The position numbers were made by a program, and so were the translations under genes. Shown here piece by piece: positions 1 through 9,533 of a stretch of 45,128 nucleotides of DNA. Source of the stretch: a virus (lineage: Duplodnaviria; Caudoviricetes); IMG/VR virus record IMGVR_UViG_3300009678_000021, positions 1-45,128 of that record; one strand, 5' to 3'. Each line of letters begins with the position of its first letter. Within the stretch, counting starts at the first letter, position 1. The notes beneath the pieces were generated by a model, which ran no database searches, was not told the DNA's origin, and was given only the letters and a program-made list of their open reading frames with translations.

Positions 1-123
1 GGATGCCGATATTTTCAATATCAGGTTGACTGGCGCGACGATCGCGCCAGCCGGGCGAATCCAGCTTTACAATTCGTCAAGCGGGTCGGATGTGCTGTTG
101 GGCACCGGCACGGCCGTTTTGAA
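1..123. repeat. Terminal direct repeat copy 1 (circular overlap)
   Basis: 1-123 is identical to 45006-45128; the reading frame from ATG 44746 continues across the join. Confidence 0.97.
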
Positions 124-1765
124 TCTAAACGCCTGGAATTTACTTGAGTTCAAGGTGGTGATCGGTGCCGGCAGCGGCATCGTGGAAAGCAAGATCAACG
201 GGGTGGTTGACCAGACTTTCACCGGGTTGACGACCAATGCGCGCGGCAACATCGACCGGCTGTTCTTCGGCACTCCGGTTGGCGGTTATCAGTCCAATAT
301 CTTTTTCGATGACATGGCGGTCGATGATGCCGCCTATTGTGGTGACGGTAAGATCATTGCGCGATCTCCGGTTACGGGCGGTTCTCCTACGCACGATAAC
401 TGGACTAAATCGTCCGGCATCGATGCCGGAGCGCTGTGGGACGAGACGCCATTCAACGCGACGACATTCTGCACCAGCTCGACCAGTGGCCAGGCCCAGA
501 CGGCAGTCATGGCGGATTTCTCCGCCACGCAAACCGGCCACGGCAGCGAGACGATTGGAGCAAGCGAAACCATTAACGCTTGCAAGGCGGCGATTGTCGC
601 TAAATCTGGCACTGCCAGTTCGGCATCCAACATCCGGCGGCGCATCAATGGCGTTGACACCGACACCAACATTACGCTGACGACGTCGGATGCCTATTAC
701 GAGACACCAATCTTTACGGCGACACCAGCCAATCTCGATATAGCCGAGGTCGGCGCGGCGCATGGTCCGAACACTAACCTCCATACTGTCGAGGATGTTT
801 GGCTTCTCGTAGAATTTTCGGCGGCGACCCTTGGCGGAACACTTGCTGCTACCGAAGCGACTGATACGGCGAGTTTTGCGGGGGATACCGCGGTCTTTTC
901 CGGTACACTTGCGGTTACCGAAGCGACCGACACCGCAGCTTTTGCGGGAAATGCTGCGGCTTTTACCGGAACGCTGGCTGTCACCGAAGCAGCCGACATC
1001 GCGATTTTCGCTGGGAGTGGCGTTATTCTCGGGCCGCTTGCGGTCACCGAGGCGGCGGACACCGCGGCTTTCGCTGGCGATGCCGCGGCTTTTGTCGGGT
1101 CACTTGCGGCCACCGAGACAACCGACGCCGTGAGTTTCGCCGGCGATCTGGTAGAACTTATATTCACCGGGCCGCTAGTCTCGCTAGAGGGGCCCGACAC
1201 TGCGGTTATCACAGCCGAATTGGGATTCGGCGCGGTATTCTTGGACCCCAACCTTGTCGGGCCAAACATTTTCCTGTCGAATTTCAATTTAACGGCAATA
1301 CAGACCACCGCGACAATCGGCAATGCGCGGGCGAATGCGCATCAATCGTCCGGCAAGTATTACTATGAATTCACGGTTGATGCGGCGGGCGACAAGCAAG
1401 TTGGCATCTGTACTGCGGCGCTTTCATTGGTCGAAAAGCTTGGCCAGAACAGCCTGGTGTCCATCGGTGTTGATGACACGCTTGGATGGATGGGTGCTGG
1501 TGGTGTCATCACCGCTCCGGTATTAAGCCCTGGCCACACCTACGGCATGGCTGTTGACATTGATAATGGAAAGGCATTTTGCAAGGATCTCACGATTGTA
1601 GACGGATTGTGGAATGAAAATGCCAGCTCTGATCCGGTCACGGGAGTCGGCGGCGCTCTATTTTTCGTAGCGAGCACGCCGCCCGTGATTACCTCTAGCA
1701 CCGCTGTATCGATCCCTGAAAATACCACAGCAGTCATGACGGTTACCGCGACAGATCCGGGGTAA
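1..1765 (+). CDS. 3' part of a ~674 aa putative virion appendage protein that starts at 44746: ConA/LamG-like N-terminus, 6 ExxDxAxFxG repeats, C-terminally incomplete SPRY domain, terminal cadherin A-B strand peptide
   Basis: In frame with ATG 44746 across the overlap; SPRY motifs SSGKYYYEFTV and YGMAVDIDNGK; ends PPVITSSTAVSIPENTTAVMTVTATDPG. Confidence 0.8.
   Translation, partial: DADIFNIRLTGATIAPAGRIQLYNSSSGSDVLLGTGTAVLNLNAWNLLEFKVVIGAGSGIVESKINGVVDQTFTGLTTNARGNIDRLFFGTPVGGYQSNIFFDDMAVDDAAYCGDGKIIARSPVTGGSPTHDNWTKSSGIDAGALWDETPFNATTFCTSSTSGQAQTAVMADFSATQTGHGSETIGASETINACKAAIVAKSGTASSASNIRRRINGVDTDTNITLTTSDAYYETPIFTATPANLDIAEVGAAHGPNTNLHTVEDVWLLVEFSAATLGGTLAATEATDTASFAGDTAVFSGTLAVTEATDTAAFAGNAAAFTGTLAVTEAADIAIFAGSGVILGPLAVTEAADTAAFAGDAAAFVGSLAATETTDAVSFAGDLVELIFTGPLVSLEGPDTAVITAELGFGAVFLDPNLVGPNIFLSNFNLTAIQTTATIGNARANAHQSSGKYYYEFTVDAAGDKQVGICTAALSLVEKLGQNSLVSIGVDDTLGWMGAGGVITAPVLSPGHTYGMAVDIDNGKAFCKDLTIVDGLWNENASSDPVTGVGGALFFVASTPPVITSSTAVSIPENTTAVMTVTATDPG
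833..1220 (+). repeat. Coding tandem repeat, ~63-72 bp period (GxLxxxExxDxAxFxG x6)
   Basis: GTLAATEATDTASFAG, GTLAVTEATDTAAFAG, GTLAVTEAADIAIFAG, GPLAVTEAADTAAFAG, GSLAATETTDAVSFAG, GPLVSLEGPDTAVITA. Confidence 0.9.
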
Positions 1766-1770
1766 CCGCG

Positions 1771-2607
1771 ATGGCCGATGTCTATCCGGTATTTTCGACT
1801 GAAGGTATAAATTCTCAGGTTACCTTCAATTTCGGTGCGACGGCATACGCGGGTGTCAAGCCGCTTGGCTATGTTAATTTCAATCAAAGCATGTCGGCGG
1901 CTGATGTCTTCGGCGGTCTGTCGGCGACCGAAGCAAGCGACACATGCCTGTTCTCTGGCGGCATTACAATTGCCGGCAATCTTGCGACGATCGAGGTTCG
2001 CGACACAGCTCTATTCGGCGGTATTATCAGCGACCCGCCGCTTGAGATCTTTCCTGCGTACTCGTCGGAGGGAATTGACAGCCAGGTTACTTTTAACTTC
2101 ACCCCGGTAAGTCGGCCGTTTGGGTATCTTCAATGGGATCTAGGCCCGTTCACTGCTTACGGGCCGCTGGCCGTTACCGAAGCAACCGACACCGCTGTTT
2201 TCAATGGCATTGTGGTCACCTTCGGAACGCTGGCCGCTACGGAAGCGGCAGACGTCGCGGTCTTTGGCGGCAGTTTGCCTGCCGCCGACATGGCCGGGAA
2301 CCTGGTTTATACCGAGCCGAGTGACACCGCTGTTTTCAATGGTGCGGTTACTGACAATGTCGGTTCACTGGATGCGGCCGAGGCTCCTGACGTCGCTGAA
2401 TTTACCGGCAACAGTGGTTTCTGGGAGGTGCTTCTAAACGCGACCGAAAACCCGGACAGCGCTATATTTGTCGGGGAACTCGGTGCTGCTCCCTCAGAGG
2501 AGCGAGATACCGCAGCGTTTATCGGGTACGTGATGGATACACCGCCTGTTCCGGGAGAGCCTGAAGTGTTGAATTTTGGCATCCCGGTGAGTTTAAGTAG
2601 ATGGTGA
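1771..2607 (+). CDS. Putative virion appendage protein with ~8 ExxDxAxFxG repeats and two SPRY C-terminal segments
   Basis: Starts MADVYPVFSTEGINSQVTFNFGATAY; second copy EIFPAYSSEGIDSQVTFNF; same repeat as upstream gene. Confidence 0.8.
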   Translation: MADVYPVFSTEGINSQVTFNFGATAYAGVKPLGYVNFNQSMSAADVFGGLSATEASDTCLFSGGITIAGNLATIEVRDTALFGGIISDPPLEIFPAYSSEGIDSQVTFNFTPVSRPFGYLQWDLGPFTAYGPLAVTEATDTAVFNGIVVTFGTLAATEAADVAVFGGSLPAADMAGNLVYTEPSDTAVFNGAVTDNVGSLDAAEAPDVAEFTGNSGFWEVLLNATENPDSAIFVGELGAAPSEERDTAAFIGYVMDTPPVPGEPEVLNFGIPVSLSRW

Positions 2608-2613
2608 GGTACA

Positions 2614-2829
2614 ATGATACACATATGGAACACCCAAGACCGCTGCACGGTATGCGGGAGAACGGCGGTAGAGGTATTAGAAGGCAATCTGGAGTGTGTT
2701 GATGGTGGAATTAGTGGAGGTCGAGCCTGGAAAGTGGCGCGTAAAACGACCGTATCTGACGCCAGCGACGTCGACATTGCCGCGGCCTTACGTCATCTCG
2801 GATACTATGGAACCAACCGAACAGGTTGA
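2614..2829 (+). CDS. Hypothetical small CxxC protein (overlaps next gene)
   Basis: GAGGT RBS before ATG; CTVC motif; 3' half overlaps 2702-3010 in another frame. Confidence 0.4.
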   Translation: MIHIWNTQDRCTVCGRTAVEVLEGNLECVDGGISGGRAWKVARKTTVSDASDVDIAAALRHLGYYGTNRTG

Positions 2830-3010
2830 CGGCAATTTCTACACCTCCAAGCGCCAGTTCCGGGCAGTTGGGAGAGCGCTCGGTCTGACCGAGGTCGGCA
2901 ACGAAACGTTTCACGTGAAACAAAAGCAGCGCGCCAGCGACAGCCGAGCCGAGACGGAAAAGCGTACCCGCGCCGTCAAGACGGCGATTGAAAAATTTCG
3001 AGGAGGGTAA
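2702..3010 (+). CDS. Conserved-looking phage head-region protein upstream of scaffold
   Basis: GGAG RBS; DGNFYTSKRQFR...EVGNE motif resembles small proteins found between portal and scaffold in podoviruses. Confidence 0.7.
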   Translation: MVELVEVEPGKWRVKRPYLTPATSTLPRPYVISDTMEPTEQVDGNFYTSKRQFRAVGRALGLTEVGNETFHVKQKQRASDSRAETEKRTRAVKTAIEKFRGG

Positions 3011-3012
3011 CC

Positions 3013-3210
3013 ATGGCGCAAGTAACCATCAACATGTGTGATCACATCATCAAGGCGGCCGACAAGCAAGAGCGCTTCCCGCTGACCGTCAATGAGATGC
3101 GGCAGTTAGCATATCTTGCTCGCAGCGTTCTGGAAGTTTCGGAAAATAAGCTTGCTGAGCAGAAATTCCGTGGCGGGGCACAGCCGGATCGACCCGTATC
3201 CAGAAAGTAA
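3013..3210 (+). CDS. Hypothetical minigene
   Basis: GAGGAGG RBS; fills gap; ends near KFRGG like the upstream gene. Confidence 0.6.
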   Translation: MAQVTINMCDHIIKAADKQERFPLTVNEMRQLAYLARSVLEVSENKLAEQKFRGGAQPDRPVSRK

Positions 3211-3247
3211 TGGTCCGGCACTTTTCAATTCACCCAGGGAGTTCTTT

Positions 3248-4543
3248 ATGTCCGATACCACCGTTCCCGCCGATACCGGCGGCGCGGCAGACACCTCTGC
3301 GCCTGTCAGCGAAGTTACGATTAATCCCAGCCCAACCTCGCCGCCGTCCCCGCTCGGACCGCAGGCGCCACAGGCGCCGGTCGGTGACGTCAAGGGGTCG
3401 CCACACCACCCAAAGAGCGCCCGCGAGGCCATTCAGGACGCTTACGACCGGGCGCTCAATCCGCCGAAGCCACAGCGGCCCAAGGAAGCAGCCAAAGAGC
3501 CGGCAAAGGCCGCCGAGGCCAAGCCGGGGCATAACAAGCCGCCTGAGAAAACCGATGCCGAGAAACCCATCAATCTGAAGAAAAGGCCCGACGACCAACC
3601 GCAGCTTGAGTTGCAGCCGCGCGGCGACCGTGGCCGGTTCGCGCCCAAACAGGAATCCGCTGCCGACAACTCCTCCCTGCCGGCAGCGGGGGGCGACGGT
3701 GCGCTAGCCTCCCAGCCAACACCGTCGCCTCTACCCCATGATGCGCCATTCCGGGAACCGCCGCCGCGAATGGGCGACCATGCCAAGAAGGAGTGGGCAA
3801 CGGTGCCGGAGAGCGTGCGCGGCGAGGTGCACCGGATGCACCGGGAATTCGCCCAGGCCTACGAGCAGTACAAGGGCGCCGCGGAAGCCTTCGCGCCGAT
3901 CGCGCATTTCCACAAAATGGCGCAGGATCAAGGGACGACGATCCAGCACGCGCTTACCAATTATGTCGGCATGGAACAGAAGCTCCGCGCCGATCTGGTC
4001 GGCGGCTTGGATCTGATCGTTCACAATCTCGGGCTGAAGACGGCGGACGGGGAACCGATCGGGCTCCGTGACGTGGCCTACCACGTCATGAGTCAGACGC
4101 CGGACCAGCTTCGCACGCTGCAACAGGGCAATACGGTCAATGCTGCGCAGCATCAGATCGGCGAACTGCACCAGCAGGTAGCCAACCTGACGAACCAGTT
4201 GCAGCAAATGCAGTACAGCCAGCAGTACAGCTATACACGCTCGGCGATCGACGTTTTTGCCGACAGCCACCCGCGGTTCGATGAACTTGCGGCGACTATC
4301 GATTTGGAACTAAAATCAGGTTACGATCTCGAAACGGCATACCGGCGGGCTGAGTTGCTCAACCCCGCCACCCATGCGGCTCAGACCCGCACCCAATCGG
4401 CTCAGACCCGAGACCCCGACCGATCAATCTCCGGCGCGCCCGGAGGCGGCACCAATGGTGCCACGCCGTCCAAGCGCGGAGAACCACGGTCACTTCGCGA
4501 CACGGTCGAACATGCGACTCGACGTGTCAGTAACGGTTTCTGA
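3248..4543 (+). CDS. Capsid scaffolding protein
   Basis: Directly upstream of capsid gene; Pro-rich disordered N-terminus, RGDRGRFA motif, coiled coil, C-terminal SLRDTVEHA helix; GGGAG RBS before ATG 3248. Confidence 0.8.
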   Translation: MSDTTVPADTGGAADTSAPVSEVTINPSPTSPPSPLGPQAPQAPVGDVKGSPHHPKSAREAIQDAYDRALNPPKPQRPKEAAKEPAKAAEAKPGHNKPPEKTDAEKPINLKKRPDDQPQLELQPRGDRGRFAPKQESAADNSSLPAAGGDGALASQPTPSPLPHDAPFREPPPRMGDHAKKEWATVPESVRGEVHRMHREFAQAYEQYKGAAEAFAPIAHFHKMAQDQGTTIQHALTNYVGMEQKLRADLVGGLDLIVHNLGLKTADGEPIGLRDVAYHVMSQTPDQLRTLQQGNTVNAAQHQIGELHQQVANLTNQLQQMQYSQQYSYTRSAIDVFADSHPRFDELAATIDLELKSGYDLETAYRRAELLNPATHAAQTRTQSAQTRDPDRSISGAPGGGTNGATPSKRGEPRSLRDTVEHATRRVSNGF

Positions 4544-4560
4544 TCCTTTGGAGATAACAA

Positions 4561-5598
4561 ATGCCTAACATCAATAGCGTTGCTGCGTATCAGCAGATTC
4601 TATCAATGTCGCTGGAGGAGCGTTCCTCCGGCTACGAAGACCTCGTCTCGAACAACAACGCCCTTCTCGCCGTGCTGCGGCGAAAGGGCCTCTGGCAAAC
4701 CTACTCTGGGCCGAAAATCCGGCAGACCCTGCAAGTCGGCAAGAACAATGCGCAGTGGTATTCCGGTTACGACCAGCTCCTGAATCCGGCGATCGACCTG
4801 TTCAACGACAGTGTGTACGATCCCAAGATGGTTGTCGTGCCGGTGATTTTGTCGATGCAGGAAATCCTCAACAACGAGGGCCAGAACCAACTGATCGACG
4901 TCTATGAGGCCTACATCAAGTGTGCCGAAAAGGCGCTGGAAGACGCCATGGACGCCGGCATCTACTCGGACGGCACCGCCAACGGCAACAAGCAGATCAC
5001 CGGGCTTGCCACCGCCATTCCTGTCACTACCACGTCGGGCGTGTACGGTGGTATTGACCGTGCCACCGCCACGATCTGGCGCACCACCACCTTCGACCCG
5101 CACGGCACCGCCGGCACCGTCACGCTGGCGCCGTTCGGCTCGCAGATCACTTCGACGACAATCCGGCCAATGCTCAACTTTGCAATGACACGGAATTCAC
5201 GGGGCCGGGATTATGCCGATCTCCTGATCATGTCGCCGGAACACTACGCGGCCTATGACGCGGCGACCCTCGCAATCCAGCGGCAGACCAACGAGACGAG
5301 CCTCGGCAAGCTGGGCTTCTCGGCGCTGGAATATATCGGCGGCGGCAAACGGGCCGAGATCGTGCTCGACGGCGGTATCGGATCCAACATGCCGGCCAAT
5401 ACGACGTTCGGCCTCGATACCAGCTCGCTCCGGCTCCGCTACCACCCCAACCGGAACTTCGACAAGCTGTTCGAAGGGGATGGCATGATGCCAATCGACA
5501 AGGACGCAATTGCCCAATTTATAGGCTGGATGGGCGAACTGACCATGGAAAACCCACTGTTCAACTGGCGGATGTACGATTCTAACCCGGCCGCTTAA
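4561..5598 (+). CDS. Major capsid protein (HK97 fold)
   Basis: 345 aa; GGAG RBS; strong codon bias; DLVSNNNALL, WYSGYDQL, DGTANGNKQITGL, YGGIDRA motifs; followed by strong hairpin. Confidence 0.9.
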   Translation: MPNINSVAAYQQILSMSLEERSSGYEDLVSNNNALLAVLRRKGLWQTYSGPKIRQTLQVGKNNAQWYSGYDQLLNPAIDLFNDSVYDPKMVVVPVILSMQEILNNEGQNQLIDVYEAYIKCAEKALEDAMDAGIYSDGTANGNKQITGLATAIPVTTTSGVYGGIDRATATIWRTTTFDPHGTAGTVTLAPFGSQITSTTIRPMLNFAMTRNSRGRDYADLLIMSPEHYAAYDAATLAIQRQTNETSLGKLGFSALEYIGGGKRAEIVLDGGIGSNMPANTTFGLDTSSLRLRYHPNRNFDKLFEGDGMMPIDKDAIAQFIGWMGELTMENPLFNWRMYDSNPAA

Positions 5599-5620
5599 AG
5601 CCCCCAAGCGACTGGCAAGT

Positions 5621-5670
5621 CCGGAGTTGCTGCTATACCCCAAGCCCAGGCAGCAACTCCGGCACCCTTT
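5621..5670 (+). terminator. Stem-loop after capsid gene (terminator or mRNA stabiliser)
   Basis: Perfect 13 bp stem CCGGAGTTGCTGC (5621-5633) / GCAGCAACTCCGG (5650-5662); weak U tract. Confidence 0.65.
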
Positions 5671-5692
5671 AGTCAAACACATGAGGACACCC

Positions 5693-5866
5693 ATGAGCGA
5701 TCGGTTATCTATTGAAGAGGGGTTGGCGCGCGGGTTCCACCTGACTTACAGCGTGCTAGCACAAGGGTTCTGGAGGTGGGTTGGTGATGGGTGGGTGAAA
5801 GATGACGAAGCCAATGACCTTTTCGTGAAACAACATGAGGATATAGACCATGCCGCGCGACCCTGA
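5693..5866 (+). CDS. Hypothetical minigene
   Basis: GAGGA RBS; leader resembles that of the 5850 gene. Confidence 0.55.
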   Translation: MSDRLSIEEGLARGFHLTYSVLAQGFWRWVGDGWVKDDEANDLFVKQHEDIDHAARP

Positions 5867-6566
5867 CGAAAATCTGGTAGTGACGTTTAGATATCATCCA
5901 GAAGAGAATGCCACATTAAGCCTGAAGGAAGGCCGCCCGATCTTTGAAGATGTCGAGCAATGCGAAATCCGTGCGCCCGGCATGAAGGACGTCAAGGTAT
6001 TCCCGGCGCATTTCTTCTCGCACTGGATTACCGACCCGTTTACCGGTGGCCAGCGTCAGGTCACCTATGCCGAGCGCTTTCAGTACCAATACCGGCAATT
6101 CCAGGCGCACGCCGCGCAGACCAAGACCGGGACGCCGCTGGATTATGCCAAGTTCCTGACCCCCGCGCGCCGCGCCGAGCTGCGGGCCATGAACGTCTAC
6201 ACCGTCGAGGCGCTGGCCGCGATCGAAGGTGCCGAGCTGAAAAACATCGGCATGGGGGGCCGCGACCTGAAGAACCAGGCCGTCGCGTATCTGGAAGAAA
6301 CCAAGAGCGGCGCCGTCAGCAAGCAGATGGAAGTCGAGATGGAGGCGCTGCGGACCCGCAATGCCTTGCTGGAGGAAGACGTTGCCACGCTGCGCTCGCT
6401 GAAGGCAAAGGCCGAGGCTGAATTCGCCGAAATGAGCGACACGCAACTGAAGGAATTCATTGCCGCACACACCGGTCATACCCCGCTCGGCAATCCTAAC
6501 CGCAAGACGCTGATGCGGATGGCGCTTGAGGCCCGGCCCGGCCATACGGCGGAACAGGCGGCATGA
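5850..6566 (+). CDS. Conserved-looking late-region protein with coiled coil
   Basis: 238 aa, phage-like codon usage, EGRPIFEDVE motif, coupled to tail gene by ATGA. Confidence 0.8.
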   Translation: MPRDPDENLVVTFRYHPEENATLSLKEGRPIFEDVEQCEIRAPGMKDVKVFPAHFFSHWITDPFTGGQRQVTYAERFQYQYRQFQAHAAQTKTGTPLDYAKFLTPARRAELRAMNVYTVEALAAIEGAELKNIGMGGRDLKNQAVAYLEETKSGAVSKQMEVEMEALRTRNALLEEDVATLRSLKAKAEAEFAEMSDTQLKEFIAAHTGHTPLGNPNRKTLMRMALEARPGHTAEQAA

Positions 6567-7264
6567 CCTTACTTTCCGTTGTCAAGGATGTCTGTCAGGT
6601 CGTCGGTGTGCAACAGCCGACGTCGGTATATGCCAACATCATCGGCAACCGCACCATGCAGGAAATGGCGGCGCTGGCGACTGAGATGGCCCAGCGCATC
6701 GCCTGGGACAGCGGCAAGGACTGGACGATACTGAAAAAGGTGGCGACGTTAATCGGCGACGGTGTCAGCGATGGTTTCGACTTGCCGGCAAACTACAAGC
6801 GCATGCTGCTGACGTCGGAGGTTTGGGGGCCGACCTCGACGCAACAGCCAATGACCTACATTGTCGATACCAACGAATGGGTGCGTAGGCGCAACCAGTC
6901 GTGGGTTGACGCTTTGGGCGAGTGGACGATGCTCGGCGGTCAGATCGTCATCCAGCCGATCATGGGGGCCGGAAGCAGCGCCACATTCGGCTATCTCAAC
7001 AAGGATTGCATTACGCTGGCGTCCGGTGGTGTCGGCGACACGTTCATGGCCGACGGCGATAATTTCATCCTGGGCGACCGGCTGCTCAAGCTCGGCATGA
7101 TCTGGCAGTGGAAGGCCAACAAGGGCTCGCCCTATGCCGAGGATCTGGCTACCTACAACGACGCCCTTAACGTGGCCATGGGGTCGGAGAAACCAGCGCC
7201 GATTATCATCGGGCAGCAGTCGTTTAGAGATGCGGCCTATCCTAATGTCCTGTTCGTGCCATGA
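6563..7264 (+). CDS. Head-tail adaptor / tail tubular protein A
   Basis: MTLLSVVKDVC start, FDLPANYKRM, LLKLGMIWQWK; position after capsid. Confidence 0.75.
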   Translation: MTLLSVVKDVCQVVGVQQPTSVYANIIGNRTMQEMAALATEMAQRIAWDSGKDWTILKKVATLIGDGVSDGFDLPANYKRMLLTSEVWGPTSTQQPMTYIVDTNEWVRRRNQSWVDALGEWTMLGGQIVIQPIMGAGSSATFGYLNKDCITLASGGVGDTFMADGDNFILGDRLLKLGMIWQWKANKGSPYAEDLATYNDALNVAMGSEKPAPIIIGQQSFRDAAYPNVLFVP

Positions 7265-8883
7265 CCCAATATGCCGCCTTTCGCCGTGTCCCGGTACCGC
7301 CGCAGGCGGCGCAGCGCTACCAGACCACGATCCTCCCGGCGCCAACCCGCGGACTGATCGACTCTGAAAACCTGACCTACATGCAGCCGGGCGGCGCGGT
7401 AGTAATGGACAACTGGATTCCGACCATGCAGGGCGCCAGGATCCGCGGCGGCACCACCCGCTGGTCGACGTTGCCGGAAACTACACCGGTCATTTCTGCT
7501 TTTGAATATGCGTCCGGCAACATTCGCAAGATGTTCGCCGCCAACGCCACCAAGCTTTACGATGTTTCGTTTTCCGGCGTGCCTACCGTGGTCGCTTCCG
7601 GACAATTGTCCGGCAACTATTCCGCCGTCCAATTGGCCAACGCCGCCGGCGACTGGCTGATTGCCGTCAATGATGCCGGTGATTTCCCATTACGGTATGA
7701 TGGCACGACATGGACATCCCTAAGCTCCGATGAGATCAACGGCCCGGCTGGCACACTGGTTGAGCACGGCGGCGGGCTGGTCAATGTCTGCAAATACCGG
7801 GGCCGACTGTTTTTCATCGAACAGGACTCGATGAACGCCTGGTATCTCGGCATCGATGCAGTTGCCGGCACGCTATTGCAGATTCCGCTATCAGGCTCGG
7901 CAACCAAGGGCGGGAAACTACTGTTCTGTGCGTCATGGTCGGTGGACGCCGGCGACGGCCTGGATGACAAGCTGGTATTCATGACGACCGAGGGTGAAGC
8001 GCTGATTTTCAGCGGCTCTAACCCGTCCGATCCGAATAACTGGCGGCAGGAAGGTCGCTATCAGATTCCGAAGCCGATGGGGATGAACGCTCATATCTCG
8101 CTTGGCGGAGATCTCTTGGTTGCGACGTTCGAGGGCATTGTGCCAATTTCCGCAGCGATCAACAAGGACGGTGAACAGCTCGAACTCGCCATGATCACCA
8201 AGAATATCAGGTCGATGTGGCGCACAGAGGCGACCGCCAAGCACGCCTGGGCTTGGACGATGGCGCGCTGGGATGAAGTCGGAGTCATGCTCGTGACGTG
8301 GCCGGGCGGCAAGCCCGGGGCGCGCTACTGCGCCATAGTCAATACTGGCACCGGCGCCTGGGCGCGGCTTCCCGGTATCGATGCGACCTGCTTCATCAAG
8401 CAGGACCATAACCTGTTTTTCGGGACGCAGGACGGCACCATTATGCAGGCCGACCGGACGGGGTTGGATGATGGTGTTCCCTATGTCTGCACCATCGTTG
8501 GCGGTTGGGAGGTATTCCAGACACCGCCGGCAACCGTCGTATGGCACCAAGCCCGAGCGGCCTTTATGGCCCGGCCGGGCGAGACGTTTCAGCCGCAATT
8601 GTCGGCGACTACCGACTACATCGTGACGGTGCCGCAGCCGCCTCCGGCCGGTCTGGATCCCGGCGTGCTCGATCTCTGGGACCAAGGCCTCTGGGACCAG
8701 GCGCTATGGGACGCGAACCCGCCGCCAAAGCCTACCGTGCGCAATACCGGCTGGGTCTCGATCGGACAGACCGGGTTTTCGCACGCTCCGATCGTGCAGA
8801 TTACAATGGCGCAGCAGGCCAAGCCGCAGGTCGAGCTGATCTCGATCGGCGTTACCTATGAACGGGCGGGGGCCAATGTGTGA
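7261..8883 (+). CDS. Tail nozzle / tail tubular protein B (beta-propeller)
   Basis: 540 aa beta-rich; LPAPTRG start; WDQGLWDQALWD repeat; follows adaptor. Confidence 0.8.
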   Translation: MTQYAAFRRVPVPPQAAQRYQTTILPAPTRGLIDSENLTYMQPGGAVVMDNWIPTMQGARIRGGTTRWSTLPETTPVISAFEYASGNIRKMFAANATKLYDVSFSGVPTVVASGQLSGNYSAVQLANAAGDWLIAVNDAGDFPLRYDGTTWTSLSSDEINGPAGTLVEHGGGLVNVCKYRGRLFFIEQDSMNAWYLGIDAVAGTLLQIPLSGSATKGGKLLFCASWSVDAGDGLDDKLVFMTTEGEALIFSGSNPSDPNNWRQEGRYQIPKPMGMNAHISLGGDLLVATFEGIVPISAAINKDGEQLELAMITKNIRSMWRTEATAKHAWAWTMARWDEVGVMLVTWPGGKPGARYCAIVNTGTGAWARLPGIDATCFIKQDHNLFFGTQDGTIMQADRTGLDDGVPYVCTIVGGWEVFQTPPATVVWHQARAAFMARPGETFQPQLSATTDYIVTVPQPPPAGLDPGVLDLWDQGLWDQALWDANPPPKPTVRNTGWVSIGQTGFSHAPIVQITMAQQAKPQVELISIGVTYERAGANV

Positions 8884-9055
8884 AGACATAGACCGCGAAT
8901 ACTATGAGGGGCTACTGCGCGAGATCGGCGACATCGTTCGCACGCCAACCAAAGCGACGGCTTACCGGACGGCCAATGATCATTATCAGGCAGACTTCGA
9001 CATGATCCGAAAGATTGTCGCGATAGGGCTCGCGCGGGCAACAACCAATGTGTGA
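8876..9055 (+). CDS. Hypothetical minigene flanked by 12 bp direct repeats
   Basis: CCAATGTGTGAA at 8873-8884 and 9045-9056. Confidence 0.6.
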   Translation: MCEDIDREYYEGLLREIGDIVRTPTKATAYRTANDHYQADFDMIRKIVAIGLARATTNV

Positions 9056-9533
9056 ATACGTCTATGGCCATGATCAGATTGTCGGTGATTTCGTTGCGGG
9101 CTTGATCCCGCACTGCTGGCGTGGCTTCGGAGATAACATCAAAGCCATAGGTGTCCTAAGCGAAAGAGGCAGTCTGATTGCTGGTCTGGTCTACCACAAT
9201 TACGACCCCGAGGCTGGAGTCATCGAAATTTCCGGAGCGGCGCTGCCGGGGGCACACTGGCTGACCCGCGAAACCATCAAGCGGATGTACACCTACCCGT
9301 TCCACATCTGCGGCTGCCAAATGGTGGTGCAGCGCACGCCGTCCGACGACGAGCGATTGCTCTACATGCTGGCCCGATATGGTTATAATTTCGTCACCGT
9401 CGAGCGGCTGTTCGGCCGAAACCGCGACGGTGTGGTATGCACGCTGACCAGGGAAGCCTGGGAAGGCAACCGATACAATCGGCGGCTTAAGCACCATCTT
9501 GCCACGCCGCCGCTCCAAGAGGAGGCCGCCTGA
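9048..9533 (+). CDS. GNAT-fold virion assembly protein
   Basis: AIGV...LIAGLVYHNY...IEISGAA...WLTRE pattern; sits between nozzle and ejection proteins as in other podoviruses. Confidence 0.7.
   Translation: MCEYVYGHDQIVGDFVAGLIPHCWRGFGDNIKAIGVLSERGSLIAGLVYHNYDPEAGVIEISGAALPGAHWLTRETIKRMYTYPFHICGCQMVVQRTPSDDERLLYMLARYGYNFVTVERLFGRNRDGVVCTLTREAWEGNRYNRRLKHHLATPPLQEEAA

Noticed and set aside
833-1220. ~66 bp periodic repeat as a CRISPR-like array
   Set aside because: In-frame coding repeats with synonymous variation.
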